A stretch of DNA of 64,000 bases, taken from contig JADIMS010000011.1 of assembly GCA_017694555.1 (NCBI GenBank), forward strand, positions 4,880 to 68,879, written 5' to 3'. A program made the translations under genes and the position numbers. Under the pieces are notes generated by a model, which was not told the DNA's origin, did not search any database, and saw only the letters and a list, made by a program, of their open reading frames with translations. This DNA is from Candidatus Avitreponema avistercoris. GTDB taxonomy: Bacteria > Spirochaetota > Spirochaetia > Treponematales > Treponemataceae. This document shows, in pieces, positions 54,278-64,000 of this stretch (positions are counted from its first letter, which is position 1; each line of letters begins with the position of its first letter).

Positions 54278-55974
54278 ATTCGTTGGTTTTGCTCGGAATC
54301 GGGCTGGTGGTGTTTTTTTTGGCCTATGTGCTGTACGGCGGCTGGCTGGCCAAAAAATGGGGCGTGTCGAAAGAAAACATAACCCCGGCGCACCGTTTGA
54401 ATGACAACCGGGATTTTGTTCCGACGGATGTGAAGGTTGTAATGGGGCATCACTTCTCATCCATTGCGGGCGCCGGCCCGATTACCGGCCCGATTCTTGC
54501 GGCGATTTTCGGCTGGGTGCCCGTATATCTGTGGATTCTGATCGGATGTACGTTTCTTGGCGGCGTACACGATTTCGGCTCCCTGGTGATTTCCCTCCGC
54601 CACGACGGGAAGAGCATCGGCGAGACGATCCGCACGAATATTTCCCCGCGGGCGAAAAAGATTTTCAACTGGTACGCCTGGCTGACCCTGACGCTTGTGG
54701 TCGCCGCTTTTACCGACATCTGTGCACAGACGTTTGCCTTTAATCCGGCGGCTCCCGAAGCCCTGACCGGCGCGCGTGCCGGAACCGCTTCTGTGCTGTT
54801 CATCTTCCTTGCCATCGCATTCGGTGTGGCGCGCAACCGTTTTCATGCTTCCCTTCTGGCGTCCACGGTGATCGGCGTGATTTTTCTCGGGCTGGCGATT
54901 GCCGCCGGTTATTTTTTCCCGCTGATTAAACTGGGGGTAAACGGCTGGCGCGTGATTTTGCTGCTGTATATCGTCTGCGCTTCCGTGCTTCCGGTCTGGC
55001 TTTTGCTGCAGCCCCGGGATTACCTGTGCTCGTTTTTGCTTTACGCGATGATTGCCGGCGCTTTTGCCGGTCTTTTGATCCGGCATCCGGATGTGGAAAT
55101 GTCGCCGTTCATTGGTTTTCAGGTGAACGGACAGTTTCTGTTCCCCTTCCTGTTTGTAACGGTTGCCTGCGGCGCGATTTCCGGTTTCCATTCGCTGGTC
55201 AGCTCCGGCACTACGTCCAAACAGCTGAACAAAGAAGTGCCGGATGCAAAAATCGTCGGCTACGGAAGTATGCTGATTGAAGGCGTTCTGGCCATCATCG
55301 CGCTGATTGTCGTCGGCTATTTGTCTTCCGGCGACCAGGTGATTGCCGGCGCGCCGGCACAGATTTTCGCCAACGGCGTGGCCTGGTTTATGAGCGGGTT
55401 CGGAATTCCGGAACCGCTGGGGCAGGTGTTTATTACGCTGGCTTACTCTGCCTTTGCGCTCACCAGTCTGGATACCGCCACCCGGATCGGCCGCTATGTT
55501 ATGCAGGAAATCGCGGCGGATGAACCGGAATCCCCGGCGGCGGAAAAGGCGGAAGCTGCGGCATCCGGCGCACAGCGCGGCGGGTTTGTGCGGAAAGTGC
55601 GCGCCTTTGCGTCCAATATGTACGGCGCCACGTTCCTGACCGTGGGGCTGGCCGTCGTGCTGCTGATTGCCGGTTACACGCGCATCTGGCCGATTTTCGG
55701 TTCTGCAAACCAGCTTTTGGCCGCGCTGGCGCTTTTGGCCATTACCGCCCATGTAATCCGTTCCGGAAAGAAGAGCTGGGAAACGGTGGTTCCGCTGGTA
55801 TTTATGTTCGCGGTGACGCTGACAGCCATCGGTTTTATTGTGGTGCAGAATTTGCCCGGACAAAGTCCGGATGCGTTCTTGCCTCTGGCCCTTGTCGGCG
55901 TTATCTTATTCATATTGGCGGTCATGCAGATTGTGGAAGCAATCCGCGTGCTTTGCGGGAAAAAACAATCTTAA
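54274..55974 (+). CDS. cstA: carbon starvation protein A family transporter (peptide/pyruvate uptake family)
   Basis: The N-terminus VLLGIGLVVFFLAYVLYGGWLAKKWG...VPTDVKVVMGHHFSSIAGAGPITGPILAA is a CstA hallmark. Polytopic membrane protein. Confidence 0.9.
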   Translation: MNSLVLLGIGLVVFFLAYVLYGGWLAKKWGVSKENITPAHRLNDNRDFVPTDVKVVMGHHFSSIAGAGPITGPILAAIFGWVPVYLWILIGCTFLGGVHDFGSLVISLRHDGKSIGETIRTNISPRAKKIFNWYAWLTLTLVVAAFTDICAQTFAFNPAAPEALTGARAGTASVLFIFLAIAFGVARNRFHASLLASTVIGVIFLGLAIAAGYFFPLIKLGVNGWRVILLLYIVCASVLPVWLLLQPRDYLCSFLLYAMIAGAFAGLLIRHPDVEMSPFIGFQVNGQFLFPFLFVTVACGAISGFHSLVSSGTTSKQLNKEVPDAKIVGYGSMLIEGVLAIIALIVVGYLSSGDQVIAGAPAQIFANGVAWFMSGFGIPEPLGQVFITLAYSAFALTSLDTATRIGRYVMQEIAADEPESPAAEKAEAAASGAQRGGFVRKVRAFASNMYGATFLTVGLAVVLLIAGYTRIWPIFGSANQLLAALALLAITAHVIRSGKKSWETVVPLVFMFAVTLTAIGFIVVQNLPGQSPDAFLPLALVGVILFILAVMQIVEAIRVLCGKKQS

Positions 55975-56016
55975 GTCCGGTGCAGTGCCGGCGGTGCAGA
56001 GGAGTAAGCAGACAGA

Positions 56017-57831
56017 ATGGATGAAGTGAAGAAACCCGGAAAACCCCTGATTTACTACTATGTGATTGCGATGCTGGTTTTGATGCTTTTCAATTCCCTT
56101 GTCATGCCTATGGTTGCCCGCCGGCAAATTCAGAACGTGGACTACAACACCTTTGTTTCCATGCTGGACAAGGGCGAGGTAGGCCAGCTGCAAATCCAGA
56201 AGCAGGAAAACCGCGTTCTGTTTACCGATAAGGAAAATAAAACCGTATTCAAAACGGCGCTGGTGGACGACCCGGATCTTGTGGAACGGGCGCTGTCTTC
56301 CGGCGCTTCGTTTGCCGGAGAAGAAATCGAGCAAATGTCGCCGGTTCTGGGTTTCCTGCTTTCGTGGATGCTGCCGGTGCTGCTGTTTGTAGGCATCGGC
56401 CAGCTGCTGTCCCGCCGCATGATGAATAAGGCCGGCGCCGGTTCCATGATGTTCGGAATGGGAAAAAGCAACGCGAAGGTGTACGTAAAATCCTCCAGCG
56501 GTATTTTGTTCTCCGATGTGGCCGGAGAGGACGAAGCAAAAGAAAACCTGAAAGAAATCGTGGACTATCTCCACAATCCGGAAAAGTACCGGGAAATCGG
56601 CGCAGCCATGCCGAAAGGCGTGCTGTTGGTCGGGCCGCCCGGAACGGGTAAAACCATGCTTGCAAAAGCCGTCGCCGGCGAAGCGAACGTGCCGTTTTTT
56701 TCCATTTCCGGTTCCGAATTCGTCGAAATGTTTGTCGGCATGGGCGCTTCCAAAGTCCGCGATTTGTTCCGGCAGGCCAAAGAAAAAGCGCCGTGCATCG
56801 TTTTTATCGATGAAATTGACGCCATCGGACAGAAACGCGACGGCCGTATTGGCGGAAACGATGAACGCGAGCAGACGCTGAATCAGCTGCTTACGGAAAT
56901 GGACGGATTCGGCGGGAATACCGGAGTCATTATTCTGGCTGCCACAAACCGTCCCGATTCGCTGGATCCGGCGCTGACCCGTCCTGGCCGTTTTGACCGC
57001 CGCGTGCCCGTGGAGCTGCCGGATTTGAAAGGGCGGGAAGAAATCCTGAAAGTCCACGCAAAAAAAATCAAAACCGCAGCGGGTATCGATTTCGGGAAAA
57101 TTGCCCGTATGGCTTCCGGAGCCAGCGGCGCCGAGCTGGCAAACATTGTCAATGAAGCGGCTTTACGCGCCGTGCGGGATAACCGCAGACAGGCGGAACA
57201 GGCCGATTTTGAAGAAAGCATCGAAGTGGTGATCGCCGGTTATCAGAAGAAAAACGCTATCCTCACGGATGCGGAAAAACGGATTGTCGCCTGCCACGAA
57301 ATCGGGCACGCGCTGGTTGCGGCCAAACAGTCTGCATCCGCCCCGGTTCAGAAAATCACGATTGTGCCCCGCACGTCCGGCGCGCTCGGCTACACGATGC
57401 AGGTGGAAGAGGGCAACCATTATCTGATGACCAAAGAGGAAATCGAAAACAAGATTGCCACGCTCACCGGCGGCCGCGCGGCGGAAGAAGTGTGTTTCGG
57501 TTCCGTAACGACCGGCGCTTCCAACGACATCGAGCAGGCGACAAAGCTTGCGCGGGCGATGATTACCCGCTACGGGATGAGCGGTGATTTTGACATGGTT
57601 GCGCTGGAAACGGTGGACAACCGCTATTTGGGCGGGGATTCCTCTCTTGCCTGTTCTGCGGAAACCGCGGCGGAAATCGACCGGCAGGTGGTTGCGCTGG
57701 TCAAACAGCAGCACGGAAAAGCCTGCGCCATCCTGAAAGAAAACCGTGTCAAGCTGGATGCGCTGACGGATTATCTGTATGAAAAGGAGACCATTACCGG
57801 CGAAGAATTCATGCGTATTCTGAACGGGTAG
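56017..57831 (+). CDS. ftsH: ATP-dependent zinc metalloprotease FtsH
   Basis: [22 protein letters not shown], the SRH region, and the zinc motif HEIGHAL. Confidence 0.92.
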   Translation: MDEVKKPGKPLIYYYVIAMLVLMLFNSLVMPMVARRQIQNVDYNTFVSMLDKGEVGQLQIQKQENRVLFTDKENKTVFKTALVDDPDLVERALSSGASFAGEEIEQMSPVLGFLLSWMLPVLLFVGIGQLLSRRMMNKAGAGSMMFGMGKSNAKVYVKSSSGILFSDVAGEDEAKENLKEIVDYLHNPEKYREIGAAMPKGVLLVGPPGTGKTMLAKAVAGEANVPFFSISGSEFVEMFVGMGASKVRDLFRQAKEKAPCIVFIDEIDAIGQKRDGRIGGNDEREQTLNQLLTEMDGFGGNTGVIILAATNRPDSLDPALTRPGRFDRRVPVELPDLKGREEILKVHAKKIKTAAGIDFGKIARMASGASGAELANIVNEAALRAVRDNRRQAEQADFEESIEVVIAGYQKKNAILTDAEKRIVACHEIGHALVAAKQSASAPVQKITIVPRTSGALGYTMQVEEGNHYLMTKEEIENKIATLTGGRAAEEVCFGSVTTGASNDIEQATKLARAMITRYGMSGDFDMVALETVDNRYLGGDSSLACSAETAAEIDRQVVALVKQQHGKACAILKENRVKLDALTDYLYEKETITGEEFMRILNG

Positions 57832-57856
57832 TGCCGGAACAGCGGGATAAAAACGG

Positions 57857-57900
57857 AAAAAGCGGAATGTTCCGTTGCTTGCGGGGCATTCCGCTTTTTT
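57857..57900. terminator. bidirectional rho-independent terminator between ftsH and the hydrolase gene
   Basis: 13-bp stem (57862-57874 with 57882-57894, including two G-U pairs). It is flanked by A5 on the left and T6 on the right. Confidence 0.7.
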
Positions 57901-58828
57901 ATTTTGCAATTCCGGAAAAGAAGGACAGAATATCGGCGGACGCTTCCTGCGCACAAATGTCGTTGAGGATTTCATGGCGTGCGCCGGGATATAATTTCAG
58001 CGAAACGTTTTCCAGTCCGGCTTTTTTGTATTTTTCCGCCACTTTTTTCACCCCGGCGCCAAAACCGCCGACCGGATCGTCTTCCCCGGCCACCAGAAAA
58101 ACAGGCAGCTTGCGGTCCGTGGCGGCAAAAGTGCGGCGGTCGCAGGCTTCCCGGATAACCGAAAACAATCCGGCCAGTCCGCCGCAGGTAAATCCGAAGC
58201 CGCACAGCGGGTCGCCGGCATAAGCCTGCACGTTGGCGGCGTCCGCAGAAAGCCATTCCAGCCCGCCGGGCCGTCCGCCGAATTTCCGGTTATAAGAGCC
58301 GAAAACCAGACGCTGTAAAACCGGGCTTTTGTGTTTCCATCCCCGGATGATACCGGTACAGCCGGTGAGCGCTGCGGCGGCTGTCAGCACCGCTTTGTTT
58401 TTATATCCGGTCCCCATGATGACGGCGCCGGCAAACGGCCGCCGGGATCGGGCCAGAACCACGCGGCAGAAAAAAGAACCCATACTGTGTCCGAGCAGAA
58501 AATAGGGTTTATCCGGCGCGCGGGCGGCGGCGTGTTCCGTGAGCGCCGCAATATCCTGTAAAATCAGATTTTTGCCGTTTTGCGGGAAATGCCCGAATTC
58601 CGGACCGCCGTCCGGCGTATGCGCGGTTTCCCCGTGCCCCAGATGATCCTCCGCACAAACCAGAAAACCCTGCGCCGCCGCCGTTTCCGCAAAAGGGGCA
58701 TAGCGCGCTGCGTATTCTTCCATTCCGTGGATAATCTGGATAACGCCCCGCGGTTGTGTGCGGGGAGACCACAGGCAGGCGTGTACAGTATGGATGCCGC
58801 CGGCAGACGGATAATGCAAATGTTCCAT
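57899..58828 (-). CDS. alpha/beta hydrolase (lysophospholipase / monoacylglycerol-lipase-like)
   Basis: Nucleophile elbow LLGHSMGS, HG oxyanion motif IIHGMEEY, and a C-terminal ARHEI. Confidence 0.8.
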   Translation of the reverse strand: MEHLHYPSAGGIHTVHACLWSPRTQPRGVIQIIHGMEEYAARYAPFAETAAAQGFLVCAEDHLGHGETAHTPDGGPEFGHFPQNGKNLILQDIAALTEHAAARAPDKPYFLLGHSMGSFFCRVVLARSRRPFAGAVIMGTGYKNKAVLTAAAALTGCTGIIRGWKHKSPVLQRLVFGSYNRKFGGRPGGLEWLSADAANVQAYAGDPLCGFGFTCGGLAGLFSVIREACDRRTFAATDRKLPVFLVAGEDDPVGGFGAGVKKVAEKYKKAGLENVSLKLYPGARHEILNDICAQEASADILSFFSGIAK

Positions 58829-58841
58829 CGGCGTCCTGTTT

Positions 58842-60479
58842 TCAGTATCCGTCGGACATTTCGCGGTTCAAATCCCGCTGGCAAAGTTCCTGGTAAACCA
58901 ATGCGCGCGGTTTAAGTTTCTCCTTCACTTCCTTGGAGAACGGCATATAACGCCAGAAAATTCCGCGGACTTCTTTGTCGAGTTTTTGGATTCCTTCGCT
59001 TTCTTTGAGCATCCAGAGGAGATAATCGTTGATAAAGTAGTCTTTCAGGTCGCCCTTCAGTTTTTTTGCCTGATACCACTGGTAATAGTTGCCGGTTAAT
59101 CCTTCTTCCATCCAATAATAAGAGGCCTTTTCTTTGGCAACCTGCCAGCGCAAATCCGCTACTGCCGTGAGGACGGCGACTTTCAGGCTTTTGGCGTACA
59201 TCGGCACGGCGATCCGCCCCCTTGAAGTGACGCGGTTGTAGCGGTCAAACGGTTCCCAGCAGAACCCGGTATCGCCGTAAGACGGAATGAGGATGACAAA
59301 AGGCGGAATCCGGTTCAACTGCGATTTGTACACGCGGCAAAAGGCTTCGACGTCTACGCTTTCGATCCAGCGGAGCGTTTCCAGTACGTTTTCCCGCGTG
59401 CCGATTTCCCGCTGTGTGGAGTGGAAGTACTCGCGCGTCAAAACCGGAAAATGGTTTCCCTGGCGTCCGCAGGTCATTTTAGCCATCTGGCGTACCGTAT
59501 CGAATTCCGCGGAAAGACCGGACAGGTTGGTTTCCCCGCCGCCGGATGCTTCTACCTTTTGCTTCAGCGAGCGGACGTCCGCTTCTGCCGCGCTGCAATC
59601 GCTGATAAATCCGTTCAATTCCTTATCCAGCGCCAGAAGCTTTTTCAGCATTTCGCCCAGCTCGGCGACCGCGCGTTTTTGCCCGTCCGTGAATGCCGCC
59701 CGTGCGCCGGAAATTCCGGCCAGCGGTTCATGCTGGAACACGGCGTCCGCTTTTTTGCGGATTTCATCTTCTGCGCGCAGGCGTTCCGTGGATTTGGCCC
59801 GCAGCAGGTTTTCCGCACTTTGGAGTTTCCCTTCGGCTTTGTTCAGCAGCTGGACAAAGCGGGCGGAATCGTCTTTCCGGGAAGCCTTGACTTCGTCGGT
59901 GCCGGAAGGATTGATGCGGCCGTGGGCGATGGAGTTGAACCATTCGTCCAGATAATACACCGGCTCGCCGGTTTCATTTTTTTCCACGATTGTGGCGAAC
60001 AGCGTTTTTTGTTCCGGAGTCAGCAGCGAGGGCAGCAAAAGCCCGAACCGCAGCGCGGCTTTTTTCTCACTGCAGCAGGACGGGGACGCCGTTTTGGCAG
60101 CCAGCTGCGCCGCAAAATCCCAATAAGCGGAAATTATCTGCTGGCGGAAAACGCCGCGGTCTTTCGGATCCTTGCAGGCCAGGTATTTGGACAGAAGTCC
60201 GTGCAGGCGCGCGGCAGCCTGTCCTTCGCCGCCGAGGACTTTTTTGTAATAATCCGGGGAATCATACAGCTTGGACGGCTTGTCTTCAAAAAATTTTCCG
60301 ATTGGCGCGAAAGACGTCACGCTTAAATCGACGCCACCTTCACTGACTGACGTACTGCTGGCGGCTGCCGATGAAGCCATCAAATCCGGTTTCTGGAATT
60401 TCTGCGGAGATTTTTGTGTTGTGACCGGCGTGTCGTCGAGCAGTGCTGCAAGCTCCGGATCCAAGTCAAAGTCACTCAT
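58842..60479 (-). CDS. conserved-looking hypothetical protein, 545 aa (acidic N-terminus, Ser-rich linker, central coiled-coil-like region, aromatic-rich C-terminal domain)
   Basis: Long uninterrupted frame. I chose ATG 60479 because the upstream part of the listed ORF (to 60560) is the tRNA-Ala gene. The frame ends 13 nt before the hydrolase start. No recognised domain. Confidence 0.6.
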   Translation of the reverse strand: MSDFDLDPELAALLDDTPVTTQKSPQKFQKPDLMASSAAASSTSVSEGGVDLSVTSFAPIGKFFEDKPSKLYDSPDYYKKVLGGEGQAAARLHGLLSKYLACKDPKDRGVFRQQIISAYWDFAAQLAAKTASPSCCSEKKAALRFGLLLPSLLTPEQKTLFATIVEKNETGEPVYYLDEWFNSIAHGRINPSGTDEVKASRKDDSARFVQLLNKAEGKLQSAENLLRAKSTERLRAEDEIRKKADAVFQHEPLAGISGARAAFTDGQKRAVAELGEMLKKLLALDKELNGFISDCSAAEADVRSLKQKVEASGGGETNLSGLSAEFDTVRQMAKMTCGRQGNHFPVLTREYFHSTQREIGTRENVLETLRWIESVDVEAFCRVYKSQLNRIPPFVILIPSYGDTGFCWEPFDRYNRVTSRGRIAVPMYAKSLKVAVLTAVADLRWQVAKEKASYYWMEEGLTGNYYQWYQAKKLKGDLKDYFINDYLLWMLKESEGIQKLDKEVRGIFWRYMPFSKEVKEKLKPRALVYQELCQRDLNREMSDGY

Positions 60480-60482
60480 TTT

Positions 60483-60515
60483 AAAAACCAGAACCGAAGG
60501 CCGGAACCTTCGGTT
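60483..60515 (-). terminator. hairpin plus U-tract immediately after tRNA-Ala
   Basis: On the minus strand: AACCGAAGG-ttccgg-CCTTCGGTT, then CTGG TTTTT. The T-run ends 4 nt before ATG 60479. Confidence 0.55.
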
Positions 60516-60518
60516 TCG

Positions 60519-60592
<74 letters not shown>

Positions 60593-60603
60593 AAGAGGTT
60601 TGC

Positions 60604-60632
60604 AGTATAGCAGGATTGCCGGAGGATTGCAA
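60604..60632 (-). promoter_or_regulatory. candidate promoter of tRNA-Ala
   Basis: On the minus strand: TTGCAA (60632-60627), a 17-nt spacer, then TATACT (60609-60604). The tRNA starts 11 nt downstream. Confidence 0.6.
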
Positions 60633-60684
60633 GATCCTTTTCCCCGGAAAAAAAATTTTCTGCGTACTCTTTTCCTGAACAAAT

Positions 60685-60693
60685 TGTTATAAT
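60685..60693 (+). promoter_or_regulatory. extended -10 element (TGtTATAAT) just upstream of the TolC-family gene
   Basis: TG at 60685-60686 and TATAAT at 60688-60693. ATG 60699 lies 5 nt downstream, so the mRNA would be leaderless or the true start lies further in. Confidence 0.35.
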
Positions 60694-60698
60694 GGCGT

Positions 60699-62072
60699 AT
60701 GAGACGGATTTCAGGCGGAAAGCAGTTTTTCTGTTTCCGGTGTGTTCTGGCGTTTTTTTTCCTTTTTTCTTCCGGACTGTCCGCAGAGGAGTCTCCTGCC
60801 GCCGGAACGGAAGAAGGGCTGGTGTGCCCGATTACGCTGGAAGAAGCCATTGTACTGGCGCTTAACGGCAATCTGGAGCTGAAGCAGCAGCAGCTGGAGC
60901 TGTCTTACCGCGAAAAAGAAGCGCTGTCGTCCTGGAATGCGTTTCTGCCTGATATTTCGCTTTCCGGCGGTCTGCGGAATTCCCACGGATTCGGGCCGTC
61001 TGCTGCGTCCGGTACGGATGTTACGCTTTCCGGCGGGATTTCGCTGACGCTGGCTGCGGGTATCGCCGAAACGCTGCAACAGGCAAAAATCGCCCGGAGT
61101 TCGGCTTTGGTTTCGTATGCGCAGGCGGAGCTGGATTTGATCTGCGACGTCAAAACCCGGTTTTATGCGCTGCTTTCCGATAAAGAAAACCTTGTGCTTC
61201 TGGAAGAAAGCTTACAGCTTGCCCGCAGCCAGGAAGATTTCGTGCGCCGGAATTACCAGAACGGTCTGGCTTCGGAGTTGGAATACCTGCGGAGCCGCTA
61301 TGCCGCCGCTTCGATTGAGCCGCAGCTGACCAACGCGCGCCGGTTGTACCGGCAGGCAATCCGGGATTTTTGCCTGCTTTTGGGTATCCCGGAAGAAACG
61401 CGGCTGGATCCGGCGGACCGTCTGGAACCGGTTTTGCCGGAAGTGCGTCTGCCGGCAGACACACAGGCGCTGATTGACCGGCGCGGGGACGTGATGCTGG
61501 CCGTGCTTGCGGTGGAGAATGCCGAAAGCGAATTGAGCGCATCGCGCTGGAACCGCTTCGGGCCGTCGGTTTCGTTCCACGAAAACCTGTCGGTGGGCGA
61601 TTTTACTGCGCCGCGGGATTTGTCCGGCAACGGTTCTTTTTCCGTATCGGTTTCCATTCCGCTGGGCGGATACATTCCCGGATCGCAGCAGGCGCTTGCT
61701 TCGGAGCGCAGCCGGGTAAATCTGGAACAGGCAAAAATTGCGCTGGAAAATACGCGCACCGCTGCCGGGCAGGAAGTGCTTTCGCTATTCAATACGATTC
61801 AGGATATTACCGAAACATTCGCCATCAACCGGATGAACGAAACTTTTGCCGCCCGCGCCTATGAGCTTTCCCGTGCGGGATTTGACGCCGGGCTGGTTTC
61901 CCAGACGGATTTGGAAATTGCCCGGCAGGATTTCCTGTCGGCGCGGTACACCGTGATTGCAGCCGTGACGCAATACCGCTCTTCGCTGGCGGAACTTGCC
62001 CATGCGCTGAATGTGAGCGAGGAGGCCTTATGGGCGGAAAACACCACCACCGGGCGCGGGAACGCGGAATAA
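60699..62072 (+). CDS. TolC-family outer-membrane efflux protein
   Basis: Signal peptide, two OEP repeats (LTLEEAIVLALNGNLELKQQQLEL..., TDLEIARQDFLSARYTVI...), and position before the MFP and RND genes. Confidence 0.8.
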   Translation: MRRISGGKQFFCFRCVLAFFFLFSSGLSAEESPAAGTEEGLVCPITLEEAIVLALNGNLELKQQQLELSYREKEALSSWNAFLPDISLSGGLRNSHGFGPSAASGTDVTLSGGISLTLAAGIAETLQQAKIARSSALVSYAQAELDLICDVKTRFYALLSDKENLVLLEESLQLARSQEDFVRRNYQNGLASELEYLRSRYAAASIEPQLTNARRLYRQAIRDFCLLLGIPEETRLDPADRLEPVLPEVRLPADTQALIDRRGDVMLAVLAVENAESELSASRWNRFGPSVSFHENLSVGDFTAPRDLSGNGSFSVSVSIPLGGYIPGSQQALASERSRVNLEQAKIALENTRTAAGQEVLSLFNTIQDITETFAINRMNETFAARAYELSRAGFDAGLVSQTDLEIARQDFLSARYTVIAAVTQYRSSLAELAHALNVSEEALWAENTTTGRGNAE

Positions 62073-63154
62073 AGAAAAACGGGCCGGAAAAGCGGGTTCC
62101 GGAACCCGCGGCAGATTCCGGTTCTGCGCGCGGTTCCTCTGCGGCGGAACTTCAGCCCGCCGCAGAGGCTGCCGTCCGGGCACGCCGGCCAAAGGCTCCC
62201 CTGTCTGATCTGATCATCAAGATTATCCTGCTTTTGCTGACAGCCGCCTGTATGGCTGCGGTTGTGCAGGCAGTTTGGGAGCGCATGGAAAAAACACCGG
62301 AGCAGATCCGCCCGGAAGCGGCGGAACAGCCGGAAGAAACCGTGATTACCGTCAACGCATGGACGGTTGCGCCGGAAACGATGGTGCAGACGGTCAAACT
62401 GAACGGCGACGTCTCGTCCAAATCCGAAATTTCCCTCTATGCCGATACATCCGGGAAACTGGTTTCGTATACGGTTTCGGTTGGTTCCGCCGTAAAACGG
62501 GGGGACGTGGTTGCCTATATCGATCCTTCCAAGCCGGGCGCGCCGTATTCGGTAAATCCGGTCCGCTCCACCATCGACGGAACGGTGATTTCGCTGCCGT
62601 ATACGCTGGGCGACACCCTTTCCTCTTCTTCGCCGGTGGCAACCGTGGGGAATCTGGATGATTTGCAGATTATCGCCTACGCTTCGGAAAAATACGCTTC
62701 GGTGCTGCGCACCGGCGCGACGGCGGACGTTGTGCTTGCCGCTTATCCGGAGCGGACGTTCCGGGCGTTTGTTTCCCAGGTCAGTCCGGTCGTGGATGTC
62801 AGTTCCCGCTCGATTGAAATCCGGCTGGATATTTCCCCGGCGCGCCGGGAAGTCAAACCGGGGATGTTCGCCTCGGTAACGCTTGTAGCCCGCCGCATCA
62901 CCGGCGCGAAAATCCTGCCCAAAACCGCATTGCGTACATATGATGATAAAAACGTCGTTTACCTGATTGACGGGGAAAACCGGGCGCGCCGTACGGAAAT
63001 TGAGACCGGACTTTCCAACGATACGCATACGCAGATTGTTTCCGGCGTGGAATTCGGGGACCGCGTCATCATTTCCGGGTCGGTCACGGACGGAACTGCC
63101 GTGCGCGTTGCCGGCGAAGAACTTGTTCCGCCGGATGGCGGCGCCGGTCTTTAG
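62030..63154 (+). CDS. efflux RND periplasmic adaptor (membrane fusion protein, HlyD family)
   Basis: GAGGAGG lies 6 nt before ATG 62030. TM anchor, then lipoyl/beta-barrel pattern (GKLVSYTVSVGSAVKRGDVVAYID, PGMFASVTLV). Confidence 0.8.
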   Translation: MGGKHHHRARERGIKKNGPEKRVPEPAADSGSARGSSAAELQPAAEAAVRARRPKAPLSDLIIKIILLLLTAACMAAVVQAVWERMEKTPEQIRPEAAEQPEETVITVNAWTVAPETMVQTVKLNGDVSSKSEISLYADTSGKLVSYTVSVGSAVKRGDVVAYIDPSKPGAPYSVNPVRSTIDGTVISLPYTLGDTLSSSSPVATVGNLDDLQIIAYASEKYASVLRTGATADVVLAAYPERTFRAFVSQVSPVVDVSSRSIEIRLDISPARREVKPGMFASVTLVARRITGAKILPKTALRTYDDKNVVYLIDGENRARRTEIETGLSNDTHTQIVSGVEFGDRVIISGSVTDGTAVRVAGEELVPPDGGAGL

Positions 63155-63171
63155 GCGGAACGGGGTTTTGC

Positions 63172-64000
63172 ATGAAGATTTCCGAACTTTCCGTCCGCAA
63201 ACCGGTAACAACCATCATGTTGTATGCCCTGCTTTGTGTTCTGGGCTTTATTTTCATTCCCCGGCTCGGTGTGGATTTGTACCCGGCAAGTACGGATCCG
63301 GTTCTTTCGGTTTCCACCGTGTACGAAGACGTCGGGCCGGAAGAAATTGAAGAAAACGTCACCAAGCTTCTGGAATCCAGACTGAGCGCAGTCTCCGGGC
63401 TGGAATCCATGACTTCGACTTCTTCCACGGGACGGAGTACCGTGCGCCTGTTTTTCGGTTACGACGTCGATCTGGACGAAGCGTACAACGACGTACAGGC
63501 GATCCTTTCCCGGCTTACCCGTTCGCTTCCCGACGGATGCGAGTCCCCGGTCCTGCGCCGCTACGACAGCAACGCTTCCCCGATTATGCGCCTGACGGTT
63601 TCCGGCGATCTTCCGCTGCACGAACTCCGTGCCGTCGCGGAAGACGATATTTCGCCGCTGCTGGAACGCGTACCCGGTGTGGCAACGGTTTCGGTTTCCG
63701 GCGGCGCCGAGAAAATTGTGCGCGTGGATATTTCGGAAAACCGGCTACGGGCGTATAACCTGACGCTTTCCGGCGTGGCTTCTGCGCTGCGGCAGCGGAA
63801 CGTGAAAACTTCCGGCGGTACGCTGACGGAAAACGGCATCGACTATCAGATTTCCGTGGACGAATCGTTCCGCACGCTGGATGATATCCGGCGCGCCGTG
63901 GTGGGGGAAGTCACCATTCCGGCTTACGGCAATTCCGTCCGGCGGACAAATGTCATCCGGGTGGAAGACATCGGCGACGTGTATGAAATGTACGACTTTT
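63172..64000 (+). CDS. RND efflux pump inner-membrane subunit (AcrB/HAE1-like), N-terminal 276 aa; continues beyond the window
   Basis: My own translation from ATG 63172: MKISELSVRKPVTTIMLYALLCVLGFIFIPRLGVDLYP...VSTVYEDVGPEEIEENVTKLLES. This is a typical RND N-terminus. It is absent from the ORF track because no stop lies in the window. Confidence 0.88.
   Translation, partial: MKISELSVRKPVTTIMLYALLCVLGFIFIPRLGVDLYPASTDPVLSVSTVYEDVGPEEIEENVTKLLESRLSAVSGLESMTSTSSTGRSTVRLFFGYDVDLDEAYNDVQAILSRLTRSLPDGCESPVLRRYDSNASPIMRLTVSGDLPLHELRAVAEDDISPLLERVPGVATVSVSGGAEKIVRVDISENRLRAYNLTLSGVASALRQRNVKTSGGTLTENGIDYQISVDESFRTLDDIRRAVVGEVTIPAYGNSVRRTNVIRVEDIGDVYEMYDF

Overview
This 64-kb window is a dense chromosomal segment of about 58% G+C from a diderm bacterium (LolA, TolC and RND genes are present). 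The gene style is reminiscent of a Treponema-like spirochaete, but that is only an impression and was not tested. I support about 58 protein genes, 7 tRNAs and an SRP (4.5S) RNA.

Gene content, in order:
- gpmI (5' truncated), adenine deaminase, an orphan DNA methyltransferase and an aldo/keto reductase.
- An L-arabinose block, araB-like/araA/araD/araR, fused to a sugar-binding lipoprotein, a LytS/YesM-type kinase and a YesN-type regulator.
- A lipoprotein, OmpR-type regulator and sensor kinase operon. The kinase is broken by a frameshift in a 9-nt homopolymer.
- argC, then ffs plus five tRNAs: all four Ser isoacceptors and an Arg with anticodon GCG.
- A cytidylate-kinase-like gene, a MATE pump and a second orphan methyltransferase (Type III Mod-like) in one gene string.
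- lolA-like, rodZ-like, rimO, pcrA, gatCAB, and purE-purC-purF-purM-(small ORF)-purN.
- A thioesterase, a flavin reductase-rubredoxin fusion, a dGTPase-like HD protein, prfA, a rhomboid, xth and clpS-clpA-aat.
- An AsnC regulator with an aminotransferase, tRNA-Gly, a GH13 amylase, a hypothetical gene coupled to cstA, and ftsH.
- A hydrolase with a 545-aa unknown protein, tRNA-Ala, and a TolC/MFP/RND efflux operon that runs off the right edge.

I found no transposase, integrase, prophage, CRISPR array or complete restriction or defence system. I do not see a convincing novel multi-gene system. The region reads as mostly core metabolism.

The best leads are modest:
- the homopolymer-frameshifted sensor kinase;
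- the arabinose-linked three-component sensor;
- two orphan PF01555-type methyltransferases, one translationally coupled to a tiny membrane protein and one carrying a GGCAG palindrome array;
- the unusual tRNA-Arg(GCG) in an all-Ser tRNA cluster;
- a structured 420-bp non-coding region and an unknown gene coupled to cstA;
- a small unknown ORF inside the pur operon;
- a 0.3-kb low-G+C islet;
- an unknown 545-aa gene that starts 4 nt after the tRNA-Ala terminator.

All functional calls rest on motif recognition by eye. No database search was run.
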